From a virus, in the IMG/VR virus record IMGVR_UViG_3300045988_128081, positions 1-44,871 of that record: a DNA stretch of 44,871 nt; one strand, 5' to 3'. This document shows, piece after piece, positions 30,454-38,079 of this stretch. Position 1 is the first letter of the stretch, and every line of letters starts with the position of its first letter. The translations under genes and the position numbers were made by a program. Below the pieces are notes generated by a model. The model did not search any database and was not told the origin of the DNA. It saw only the letters and a program-made list of their open reading frames with translations.

Positions 30454-30515
30454 TGGGTGTCGCCTGTGTACTGTTCAGTCCGCCAAGAGTGAAACAGTTC
30501 ACAGGTTTTCTTTTT
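30442..30515 (+). ncRNA. Candidate ~70-nt antisense small RNA (cassette B)
   Basis: Ends in hairpin CCTGTG-ACTG...CAGT-CACAGG followed by TTTTCTTTTT (30463..30515). The loop has the 19-nt block GTTCAGTCCGCCAAGAGTG, identical to 3013..3031. The 3' arm overlaps the TGA of the RHH gene. Confidence 0.4.
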
Positions 30516-30687
30516 GCGCCAAAAGAAGATGAACGCCTTTCCGAATGGCTTCTCCTTTTGTGATTCCATTTGCCTTACAATACTCTTCCAGCTGTTTCAT
30601 AGTCTGTTCGTTCAGGCAAACGCTTAGCCTTTTCGTATTGGGATCCTCCAATTTTGGCCTTCCTGTTCTAGGGCTCGTGTTTCTCAC
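30499..30687 (-). CDS. Ribbon-helix-helix (Arc/CopG-like) protein, paralogue of 3043..3219 (about 62 aa)
   Basis: GRPKLEDPNTKRLSVCLNEQTMKQLEEYCKANGITKGEAIRKGVHLL. The track start (30768) lies upstream of the predicted promoter, so the GTG at 30687 is preferred. The start remains uncertain. Confidence 0.65.
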   Translation of the reverse strand: MRNTSPRTGRPKLEDPNTKRLSVCLNEQTMKQLEEYCKANGITKGEAIRKGVHLLLAQKENL

Positions 30688-30708
30688 CTCACTTTCCAGC
30701 ACACCTTT

Positions 30709-30737
30709 ATTATAATTTTGATGTGTTAGAAAGTCAA
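30709..30737 (-). promoter_or_regulatory. Consensus-like promoter of cassette B
   Basis: Minus strand TTGACT (30732..30737)-N17-TATAAT (30709..30714). The upstream tttttttcaaaaggggg tract is homologous to cassette A. Confidence 0.65.
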
Positions 30738-30787
30738 CCCCCTTTTGAAAAAAATTTTCAGTTGTCAAGGTGCGATATATGCCGGGG

Positions 30788-31243
30788 TTATTCCTCCCAC
30801 TTTTCGGCTGCCATCTGCTCCGGGGTAGGCTTCCGTGGCCAGCAGCGCCAAGTTTTCCTTATTTCCAAAATGTTTTCGGCTATTTGCACATCGAATGGCA
30901 GCCCACAGAAGATCATTTTATCTCTTTCTCTATGCCATGGGCATAATTGCATGTGGGTTCTGGATTTTTTGTGTTCTAGCCATACAAAGTTCCAATCTTC
31001 TTCGTTTGCTTTTGCCAGTATTTCTTCCAGCGTCAGCGGCCTGTTCTCCGGCTCGGCGCGGCGAAGCGTATAGGCAAGGGCCACTTCTTCCGCATGGCTT
31101 TTTTCTTCACAATCGATGATAGGCGGCCCAAACGAATAACATTCGGCGCAGATATACCGAGCGTTCCATTTATCGTTTGAATCCACGCTGAGATGCAAGT
31201 CCATTTCCGCCCCGCAATAGGGGCACTTCGGCGTTTCGGTCAT
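30788..31243 (-). CDS. Lar-like zinc-ribbon N-terminus fused to an unknown domain (151 aa)
   Basis: MTETPKCPYCGAEM...YICAECYSFGP...ALAYTLRRA parallels the Lar family pattern. Confidence 0.5.
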   Translation of the reverse strand: MTETPKCPYCGAEMDLHLSVDSNDKWNARYICAECYSFGPPIIDCEEKSHAEEVALAYTLRRAEPENRPLTLEEILAKANEEDWNFVWLEHKKSRTHMQLCPWHRERDKMIFCGLPFDVQIAENILEIRKTWRCWPRKPTPEQMAAEKWEE

Positions 31244-31440
31244 TCTGCATTCTCCTTATTCTCTAACTGGGCGCGTTGATTCCATGCTTCGATCAATTTT
31301 TCTTTTGTTGCACAGAATGAATCAAGCGTAAATACCATATCGCACCCCTCACAATAAAGTACAAAATCGCGAAAGTAACTGTACGACTCGTCCAAGTGGA
31401 CGTATCCCCCGCAGAACGGGCACGACTTTAGTTCGGTCAT
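31240..31440 (-). CDS. Lar-family restriction-alleviation-like protein (66 aa)
   Basis: MTELKSCPFCGG...YCEGCDMVF...KLIEAWNQRA matches the CPFCG...C..C...AWN.R signature of Lar-family proteins (recollection). Confidence 0.6.
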   Translation of the reverse strand: MTELKSCPFCGGYVHLDESYSYFRDFVLYCEGCDMVFTLDSFCATKEKLIEAWNQRAQLENKENAE

Positions 31441-31775
31441 TCGGCATCCTCCTTATCCTGAAAACAGTCGCACCCAAACAGGGATGAACACTCGTTTTTG
31501 TAATAGGCACTTGATTCATTCGTGCATTGCCATTTGTTTTTATACCATTGGCAATCCTTGCGCATTCGTTTCTGGCAGGTCCTGCCGCGCATGATGATGG
31601 CTTTCCAGTGTTTGCGCAGCCATTCCCCACCCGCATCCGTAGAAGGGGAACGCATGATGATACCGCAGTCGGGGCAATAAAGCTGGTTTATCTCAAGCCC
31701 GTCCACTTCAACAAGCGATTGGCAAACCGTTTGGCAACCACAGATGCAGGAGAAATTTTCAAGTTTGGTTGCCAT
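31437..31775 (-). CDS. Cys-rich small protein (112 aa)
   Basis: Start at MATKLENF (ATG 31775), GGAGGA 5 nt upstream. CICGC...CPDCG and further Cys pairs. Confidence 0.6.
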   Translation of the reverse strand: MATKLENFSCICGCQTVCQSLVEVDGLEINQLYCPDCGIIMRSPSTDAGGEWLRKHWKAIIMRGRTCQKRMRKDCQWYKNKWQCTNESSAYYKNECSSLFGCDCFQDKEDAE

Positions 31776-31977
31776 GAGAATCCTCCATTCCTTCAAACGC
31801 CCATCCGCTGACCGCCCATTTTTCAGGAATCATATTTTCATACAGAGATGGTGAAAGGAAACAAATATGCCCGTTGGAAGTGTCCATTCCGAAAGGGCAA
31901 TCCCCACAAACGTCCTCATGAGCTTTACAGATGTTGTGGACTTCCACCAGCGCTTTTTTCAGCTCGTCAATCGTCAT
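31759..31977 (-). CDS. Cys-rich small protein (72 aa)
   Basis: ORF track; ICKAHEDVCGDCPF...HIC. Confidence 0.55.
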   Translation of the reverse strand: MTIDELKKALVEVHNICKAHEDVCGDCPFGMDTSNGHICFLSPSLYENMIPEKWAVSGWAFEGMEDSHGNQT

Positions 31978-32131
31978 TTTTCATCTTCCTCCAAAAGCTA
32001 CCGTCCTCGATACTTCTTTTCATGCTCTTGTAAAACGCACACATGTTAGCCGTTTCTCCTTTTGGATGGAAATGTGCGCTCGGGCAGGCATCACAGAAGG
32101 CACAGGAATCGCAAATGTCAAACTCATTCAT
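31967..32131 (-). CDS. Cys-rich small protein (54 aa)
   Basis: Start at MNEFDICDSCAFCDAC (ATG 32131), overlapping the upstream stop in AATGAATGA. Confidence 0.5.
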   Translation of the reverse strand: MNEFDICDSCAFCDACPSAHFHPKGETANMCAFYKSMKRSIEDGSFWRKMKNDD

Positions 32132-32588
32132 TGTCCGAACCATCCAAACCCATTTTTGCACCGCACTTCGGGCAATAATTTGCCTCGTTTTCAGCAGGGC
32201 CACCATCCAAAAATGTCCACATGTTCCCGCAAGCAGTACAAGCCCAAGCATCTTCATCTTCTTGCCGCCACCTTGCATGTACCACCTGGACAGCATCTAC
32301 GGTCTCGGCATTACCTATTGCCTCAAACACCGCTCTCGCCCCGGCGATGTAGCTTCCAACATCCATGCCCTCCGGCACAGTTCCTTTGTATTCGTCAAAC
32401 TGGCTTAGATCAATCAAATTAGCCATTGTCAATCTCCTTCCAGCTTCATGCCCCGCGTTCTTCATCTCCGCAAGTTCCTCCGGCTCCATCCCCGTCGCCT
32501 CATAGGCCCGAAGCCGGGCGGCCCGTTCCTGGTCGCTCCCTCCGGTCCATACCACTTTCCCGAAAAAGTCAATCGCTGTCAGGTTCAT
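32124..32588 (-). CDS. Hypothetical protein with C-terminal zinc ribbon (154 aa)
   Basis: Start at MNLTAIDF (ATG 32588, ATGA overlap). CTACG...CPKCG at the C-terminus. Confidence 0.6.
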   Translation of the reverse strand: MNLTAIDFFGKVVWTGGSDQERAARLRAYEATGMEPEELAEMKNAGHEAGRRLTMANLIDLSQFDEYKGTVPEGMDVGSYIAGARAVFEAIGNAETVDAVQVVHARWRQEDEDAWACTACGNMWTFLDGGPAENEANYCPKCGAKMGLDGSDNE

Positions 32589-33082
32589 CCTTTTCCCCCT
32601 CCTGTCAGGTACATGCTGTAGGGGCATTCCGGGCTCAGCCCTTCCGCTACCCCTAGCCGCTTGTACAGCTTCCGTATGGCACACCCCTTCACCGCCTGCC
32701 GGATTACGCTTCGTTCCCCAGTTTCCTCGTCTATCACCACACAGGGGCAGTCCATATCACAGTAGTTCAGCATGTAATCCACCAGAAAGCTCAAATCATC
32801 CTCGTTCACCAGGTACTTGCCGGGCTGAGGCGCGTCCGTGTACCCTATCCGTACTTTCAGGCTGGCGGCACGGTTCCGGGCCATTACCTGCCTATCAGTG
32901 TCCCCGCACCGGGCAATAATCGCGTTAAACAGGCTTTCCAGCCCGTTTGAGGCCTGTTCCAGCGCTTCCGGCTCCTTCTCCATCAGCGCGCCGCCAAGCT
33001 CCTTTTTGGCGTCCTGCAGGCTCTTTGCGGCCATGTATACCCGTACAGCGCCCCGCAGCTGTTCCATGTTCAGGTCACGCAT
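32585..33082 (-). CDS. Hypothetical protein (165 aa)
   Basis: ORF track. CDMDCPC motif. No family recognised. Confidence 0.6.
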   Translation of the reverse strand: MRDLNMEQLRGAVRVYMAAKSLQDAKKELGGALMEKEPEALEQASNGLESLFNAIIARCGDTDRQVMARNRAASLKVRIGYTDAPQPGKYLVNEDDLSFLVDYMLNYCDMDCPCVVIDEETGERSVIRQAVKGCAIRKLYKRLGVAEGLSPECPYSMYLTGGGKG

Positions 33083-33236
33083 GGGTTTCCGCCTCCTTCT
33101 CCGCGCACAGCACCGTTACCCATACGCTCTTGCGCTTCTGCCGCTCAATCCATACCCGGTAGCCGTTGGTAGCCAGCATACCGGCAAGGGTTCGCCTGTC
33201 CTCCACCCCTTTAATCTCCAGCTCAATCTTATCCAT
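33075..33236 (-). CDS. Small hypothetical protein (53 aa, MDKIELEIKGVEDRRTLAG...)
   Basis: Below the ORF-track cutoff. Overlaps both neighbours by 8 nt (coupled). Confidence 0.45.
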   Translation of the reverse strand: MDKIELEIKGVEDRRTLAGMLATNGYRVWIERQKRKSVWVTVLCAEKEAETHA

Positions 33237-33486
33237 TGTTCCGGTGCCACCCTTTCTTGCTTTTTTTATAATCTCTGCCAGGGCTTCCCCAGCAGGAATA
33301 TTGCTCTTTCGCGGGTATCCACGCCTTGGTTTCCCAGTTCGCGCATGGGTAGGCGGGTATTTCGTGATAGCTGGGGCTGCCAGGCTTATAGCATCTGTAT
33401 GTCCCGTCCCCGTGAATTTCCGGCCAGCACCACAGGCATGTGGCGCAGCTTTTCTGTTTGCCCACGGTCCCCCTTCTTTCTCTCAT
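33229..33486 (-). CDS. Cys/Trp-rich small protein (85 aa)
   Basis: Start at MRERRG (ATG 33486), AGGTGA 5 nt upstream. The alternative start is 33537. Confidence 0.5.
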   Translation of the reverse strand: MRERRGTVGKQKSCATCLWCWPEIHGDGTYRCYKPGSPSYHEIPAYPCANWETKAWIPAKEQYSCWGSPGRDYKKSKKGWHRNNG

Positions 33487-33560
33487 GGTTTCACCTTGCT
33501 TCGCTCTGTGTAGCTCAATGCGTAGCGACAAAGTCATTGTCTTTCAATGGTTTGCGCCGT

Positions 33561-33711
33561 CCGCTACACCTACTACACCGTCTACACGTCTTTTTTGCTT
33601 TGCAAATTTTCTTTGCGCATATCCATCTATCCAGCCACAAAATGCAGTAAAAAATTTTTTGCTATATAGAGATATCGAAAATAGGTGTAGCAGGTGTAGT
33701 TTGTGTAGCGG
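33561..33711. repeat. Inverted triplets of 9-bp-period CTACAC/GTGTAG iterons flanking an AT-rich core (candidate origin or control region)
   Basis: CTACAC at 33564, 33573 and 33582. GTGTAG at 33685, 33694 and 33703. Both arrays start with CCGCTACAC when read inward. The core contains AAAAAATTTTTT and TATATAGAGATATC. Confidence 0.6.
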
Positions 33712-33725
33712 AACGCCCGGCAGGA

Positions 33726-35618
33726 TCAGCCCATTTTCATCTGCTCAAACACTTCCTCAACCTCGCAATCCGTTGATACGTCTGTGTTTCCTTCATTGTC
33801 CACGGCTCCCGGCAGGGCCAAATCCACGCACCGTGTGTTTACGCCATTCATTTTCAGCACCCGCGTTCGCTTTCCACCCTGACAGATGATTTTGCCAGTC
33901 TTGTTCGCCCAGCTCAAAAAGCTGGAAGCGTTGAAACCCTCATTCTGCAAGGCTTTTTCAAATACGCTCTTGATGATATACACCCGCTCCCCTTTTATCC
34001 GCCCCCAACATTCGTTTGTGTAGCCTTCACTGTCCGGCGTAAACTTGGCCGGGTTGCTGGCCACCCAGTCGCACAGCCATTCATAGGCCTTCCGGTTGGT
34101 GTCCGCCTGACTTGTGGTCACCAGATAGGGAATGATTTCTTCCGCTGTCAGGCTGTGCCCATCATCAAACAGCAGCAGATCCGCCATGGCGTCCGCCGCC
34201 AGAATCAGGCTGGCCGTCAGCACCTGCTTGTCCGTGGCGCAACCCTGCAACCGCTTGTAAAAGGCCTGCTGGGTCTCCGCCATCACTTCCATGGCGTCGC
34301 TGCTTTCCTGCAACGCCTCCACAAACTTCCGTCCCGCATGGCCGTAATTGGTCACCAGCAGCTGGTATGCCGCCCGGGCGTCCTCAAACAGCTTTTCGCT
34401 GCACTCCACCTCAATCACACGGTTCACAGCGCCCGCCTTGCTGTTGGCGGTGGTTATGGGCTGCTCGCCGGTGGTAATGATGGCGTTTCGCCATCGCTGC
34501 ACCTGCTGTACGCCTCCGGCCTTGGCGCCCCGGGTCTTGCTCACGCCCTCGCACAGGCTGTAAATCAGCTCGTCAAATTCCTTTTTCCCCTGAATCATCT
34601 GCAATTCGTCCATGCACAGGGGCAGGTTTCCGCAAAAGGCCGCCATTTGCTCATAGCCTACATTGGTGCTTTTCGTGGTTTTTACATAGCTGCCAATTTC
34701 CGGGTAGGCCCACACGCTGGCAGCCAGAATCAGCGCTACACTCTTGCCAATGCCGCTTACGCTGCCCCATAAGTGCAGGATGAATGGCAGCGCACCCATC
34801 TTGGGCACCAGCACGCTGGCAAAGCTGGCCGCCAGGGCGATCCGGCAGGGCACGCTTTTCCCCGCCCGCACCTGCAAGGCCAGGTCCCGCCAGGCTTCCC
34901 AGCTTCCCTGGGCGTGTACCGCCGCAAAGGCGTCCCCATACAGGCCCCCCGCGTCATAAATCAGCCCGTCCACATAGGGGCTGAATCCGTACCCGTCCAC
35001 CCAGCCCAACCGGCCCACCGTCTTAATCTCCGGCAGCTGGTCGTAATTGGCGTCCTCCAGATAGGCCAGGTATCGAACCAGGTCCTTGGCGCTTTCGCTG
35101 TTCACGCTGATGCCGCAGGCCGCCAGGGACGTAATGCTCCGGGCATTCGCCAAAACGGACTTTTCCACAATGGTATGCCGCCACCCGTTCCCCCGGCGAA
35201 AGCCTATTTCCGTCTTCACCTCTCCGGTGTCAATGTTCACAAGGCGCTTGGTGGGCATAATGGGGTGCGGGCACACCACTGTCATGGCCCCATACTGGTT
35301 TATAATCTTAATGCCGTCATCATAGCAGCCGTAGTCCCCGCACAGCAGCTCCATTTCCTGTCCGGTAAATCCGGTCACGTTCTGCCCAACGTCCCGGCTC
35401 TGCTGGCCCAGCTGCGTTTCCACATAGGCCTTCCACAGCGCCCCAGGGCTGGGCACCTTCTTCTGCCGTGCGTCCTCCAGCATCAGCCCACGCAGGCGCG
35501 CCAGCTGGAAGGCGTTATCCTTAAAGCTGTATAGCCATTCATAAGGGGCTACCCCGCTCAGGTAGTCCTCCTTTGTCCAGCTTTTGATTTGGTCCTCAGG
35601 CCTCATGGCTTGCTGCAT
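33726..35618 (-). CDS. Replicative SF3-type helicase / primase-associated protein (DUF927-like, 630 aa)
   Basis: Walker A HLWGSVSGIGKSVAL and Walker B LPLCMDELQ. Follows a CHC2 zinc-finger gene. Confidence 0.75.
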   Translation of the reverse strand: MQQAMRPEDQIKSWTKEDYLSGVAPYEWLYSFKDNAFQLARLRGLMLEDARQKKVPSPGALWKAYVETQLGQQSRDVGQNVTGFTGQEMELLCGDYGCYDDGIKIINQYGAMTVVCPHPIMPTKRLVNIDTGEVKTEIGFRRGNGWRHTIVEKSVLANARSITSLAACGISVNSESAKDLVRYLAYLEDANYDQLPEIKTVGRLGWVDGYGFSPYVDGLIYDAGGLYGDAFAAVHAQGSWEAWRDLALQVRAGKSVPCRIALAASFASVLVPKMGALPFILHLWGSVSGIGKSVALILAASVWAYPEIGSYVKTTKSTNVGYEQMAAFCGNLPLCMDELQMIQGKKEFDELIYSLCEGVSKTRGAKAGGVQQVQRWRNAIITTGEQPITTANSKAGAVNRVIEVECSEKLFEDARAAYQLLVTNYGHAGRKFVEALQESSDAMEVMAETQQAFYKRLQGCATDKQVLTASLILAADAMADLLLFDDGHSLTAEEIIPYLVTTSQADTNRKAYEWLCDWVASNPAKFTPDSEGYTNECWGRIKGERVYIIKSVFEKALQNEGFNASSFLSWANKTGKIICQGGKRTRVLKMNGVNTRCVDLALPGAVDNEGNTDVSTDCEVEEVFEQMKMG

Positions 35619-36192
35619 CCTGTTTGCACCGTCCTTCTTTCAGCTGTATCAACGCGTCCTGGGCCCGCTCATATTCATCCCGCACAATCGGAAGCCGCCA
35701 TACGGCGTCCGCGTAATCCTGCGAAATTTGCGTTTCCAGACCCCTTGGCTTTCCCCTGTCTATTACTCGGCGCACATCCAGATAAAGGCTGAAACAATGC
35801 CAAAAATGCGTTTCCTGGGCATTTATGGCCGCCTGGCTCTCCCGTCTCGCTTCTTCCTGCTCCCGTCGCGCAGCTTCCGCCGCCCTGCGCTCCTCTATCG
35901 TCTGCTTCCGGGTCAACGGCAAATTTAGCCCAAACATGCTGTCCAGACGCGCCACCGCCTGCCGGAAGGAAATTCCATAGTACTTCATGGCAAAGTCAAT
36001 CACGCTGCCAGCCGCGTGGCATCCGTAGCAGCAAAAGTTGCTGGGCGGCCCGTCGTATACTTTCAGGCTCCGCCCCTTTTTGTCCTCGTGGAACGGGCAG
36101 TACCCAAATCCGTTTCGATTAATCTCTATCCCCAAAACCCGGCACAGCTGCTTCACTGTCACCCGGCTTCTGATCTCGTTTGCAAAGTCCAT
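35596..36192 (-). CDS. CHC2 (DnaG-type) zinc-finger protein (198 aa)
   Basis: CPFHEDKKGRSLKVY...FCCYGCHAAGSVIDF is the primase zf-CHC2 signature. Confidence 0.8.
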   Translation of the reverse strand: MDFANEIRSRVTVKQLCRVLGIEINRNGFGYCPFHEDKKGRSLKVYDGPPSNFCCYGCHAAGSVIDFAMKYYGISFRQAVARLDSMFGLNLPLTRKQTIEERRAAEAARREQEEARRESQAAINAQETHFWHCFSLYLDVRRVIDRGKPRGLETQISQDYADAVWRLPIVRDEYERAQDALIQLKEGRCKQDAASHEA

Positions 36193-36200
36193 CTGGCTGT

Positions 36201-36273
36201 CTCCCTCTACTGCAATAGGGCAGAGGGACGTGACGGCACATACACCATGGCATTTGGTATCACGTCCCTCTGC
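36201..36273 (-). promoter_or_regulatory. 14-bp perfect hairpin whose 5' arm mimics the downstream SD (translational control candidate)
   Basis: Minus strand GCAGAGGGACGUGA (36260..36273) pairs with UCACGUCCCUCUGC (36220..36233), loop 26 nt. The CCCUCU of the 3' arm can alternatively pair with the SD AGAGGGAG (36201..36208) of the zf-CHC2 gene. Confidence 0.5.
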
Positions 36274-36482
36274 GTTCGCGCCATCTGTAGGCTTCCTTCG
36301 GCCCGCGGCATGGTCATGCCATCCATGCCCGGCAGGAATCCGCCCGTGAAAGGAGTCTTTAGGCCGCGCCTTATAGACGCTCTGGCGCTGGTAGGAACGG
36401 CGGGTGCCGACCCCGCTGCGCGGTAATCATAAAGACGCCTGTTTTGTTTGCCACAAGCCGCGCAATGCCGCATCGTTCCCAT
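36207..36482 (-). CDS. Questionable Arg/Pro-rich ORF (91 aa) spanning the hairpin
   Basis: ORF track. No convincing SD. Its TAG stop sits inside the SD of the next gene (possible coupling). Composition looks poorly protein-like. Confidence 0.25.
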   Translation of the reverse strand: MGTMRHCAACGKQNRRLYDYRAAGSAPAVPTSARASIRRGLKTPFTGGFLPGMDGMTMPRAEGSLQMARTQRDVIPNAMVYVPSRPSALLQ

Positions 36483-36507
36483 GGGCGCCGGTTTCCCGGC
36501 GCTGTTG

Positions 36508-37047
36508 TCATTCTGTCAGTAGCCGCACCACCAGCGGCCCGGTTTCTTCTTTGCCGCAAAACATCCATTCCACACCGTATTTTTCAGCCATGGTATGCAT
36601 GGCCTTGGCAAGCGTCGCGCCGTTTACAGGCGGCCTGGGCGGTATTTGCACATGCAGCATCCGTCCCATGCTGTGGGCCCGGTCAACGCGTTCCCAGCGG
36701 GTCCGGCGGGGGTTTGGCCATACGGCTACCCCTGCCAGGCCACCAACGCCCGCTTCCTCCACCAGCACAATCAGGCGAATGCCGTTCTCCTGCGCCCGTA
36801 TGCACTCCCGGCGGAAACGGTCATGCTGCTGGATCAGGTTGCTTTCCACCTCGCCCAGGTTCTGCTTCAGGTCAATGCATACGCTCTGGTTGCTCAGCAG
36901 GCTGATGTCGCCCACAAACAGCTTGCTCCGCACAACCCGGTAGCCCTGGGCCTCCAGGTAGCTGTCCACGTTGTCATGCTTACCCTTCTTGTCCCGCGTG
37001 TCGCGGATGAAGACTGGCGCCCCTGCCTCAAAACGGGAGGTCGTCAT
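36508..37047 (-). CDS. ERCC4/Mus81-type nuclease-like protein (179 aa)
   Basis: LFVGDISLLSNQSVCIDLKQNLGEVESNL resembles the GDY...ERK core of ERCC4 nucleases. Part of the recombination module. Confidence 0.55.
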   Translation of the reverse strand: MTTSRFEAGAPVFIRDTRDKKGKHDNVDSYLEAQGYRVVRSKLFVGDISLLSNQSVCIDLKQNLGEVESNLIQQHDRFRRECIRAQENGIRLIVLVEEAGVGGLAGVAVWPNPRRTRWERVDRAHSMGRMLHVQIPPRPPVNGATLAKAMHTMAEKYGVEWMFCGKEETGPLVVRLLTE

Positions 37048-37477
37048 CGTCCACCTCTGTATAGCCCTGGGCGGTTGGTTGCGCCTCCTGCACCATCTGT
37101 CCGGCGGCCGTGGGCTTGGTGTAAAATATCGCGTCCCGCTCCACCCCGTCGGTTCCTACAAAGGGTTTCATGTGCAGGATGCAGCATTTCCCTGTCAGGT
37201 CCGCCAGCTCAAAGTCCTCTCCCTTGGGCACTCCCAGCGCGTTTGCCAGCTTTCCAATCTTTTCAGCCGGCCACTTGCCTTCCTGGTCCTGGTAGAAGTT
37301 TTTAAAGATGTGCTTGCGCTGGTACTTCTGCTCCACGTCGCTGCGCACCTGAAAGTCAAAGGCAATCACCGGCATTCCGGTGTTTCTGGTGCTGGTTTCC
37401 ACCGCTTTCAGGCAAATCACCTCGTAGTCGCCTTCCGCCATCAGCCCGCCGTCGTTTTCGTAGCTTTTAAAGCTCAT
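37028..37477 (-). CDS. DUF669-like single-stranded DNA-binding protein with acidic SSB tail (149 aa)
   Basis: Start at MSFKSYEN (ATG 37477, GGAGGG RBS, ATGA overlap). C-terminus EVDDDDLPF matches the canonical SSB D-D-D-(I/L)-P-F tip. Confidence 0.7.
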   Translation of the reverse strand: MSFKSYENDGGLMAEGDYEVICLKAVETSTRNTGMPVIAFDFQVRSDVEQKYQRKHIFKNFYQDQEGKWPAEKIGKLANALGVPKGEDFELADLTGKCCILHMKPFVGTDGVERDAIFYTKPTAAGQMVQEAQPTAQGYTEVDDDDLPF

Positions 37478-38079
37478 TCGTCCACCCTCCAATGCTTTTG
37501 GTAAATGTCCATCAGGTCCGCGTCCTCCAAAGACCGAAGGAATCGCTGCCCAATGGCCTGTATCGTCTCACAGTCTCCCCGCCGGTACTGCTCCCGGTAA
37601 CAGTACGTCCCGTCAAAGATCAGGTAGTCAAATCGCAGCGCCTCGGGGAACAGCTCCAGGTACATGGGGTGCTGGGCGCTAAACTGGTACTTTCCATACT
37701 CGTACCGCTGCACCCGTTTTATGTCGTAGATAATGCCGCATTTCAGGCAGTCGGCCACGCCCACCAGCTGAATGTCCATCCCTGCCAGCTGCATTTCCTT
37801 TTCTTCCCGCACCTGCAATTGCCCGCCCCGGCAGCGGTTGCCAAACTGCGCTATGGCTTTCAGGGTCGCCGCATCCTTTGGCATGGCCTTTGCCGATGGG
37901 TTATCCATGGCATAGGCGTTTACCATGGCTTCAAAGTCAATCCCGGCTGTCATGGCCTTGCTTTTGGGCTTCTGCTTTCGTTCCAGCGCGTCCAAAAAGC
38001 CTGTATAGGCCTTTTCGTCCGTTTCCGGGTCTGTGGCGTATAGCCAGTTATTTAGCAGGCTGCACGTCAGCCGGTACAT
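37474..38079 (-). CDS. PD-(D/E)XK (Cas4/RecB-like) nuclease (201 aa)
   Basis: GVADCLKCGIIYDIKRVQ (D...D/ExK core) and SAQHPMYL (QxxxY). Confidence 0.65.
   Translation of the reverse strand: MYRLTCSLLNNWLYATDPETDEKAYTGFLDALERKQKPKSKAMTAGIDFEAMVNAYAMDNPSAKAMPKDAATLKAIAQFGNRCRGGQLQVREEKEMQLAGMDIQLVGVADCLKCGIIYDIKRVQRYEYGKYQFSAQHPMYLELFPEALRFDYLIFDGTYCYREQYRRGDCETIQAIGQRFLRSLEDADLMDIYQKHWRVDE

Noticed and set aside
36371-36568. 65-aa minus-strand ORF overlapping the end of the ERCC4-like gene.
   Set aside because: It is out of frame with and overlapping a better-supported gene, is Arg/Ala/Gly-rich, and has no RBS.
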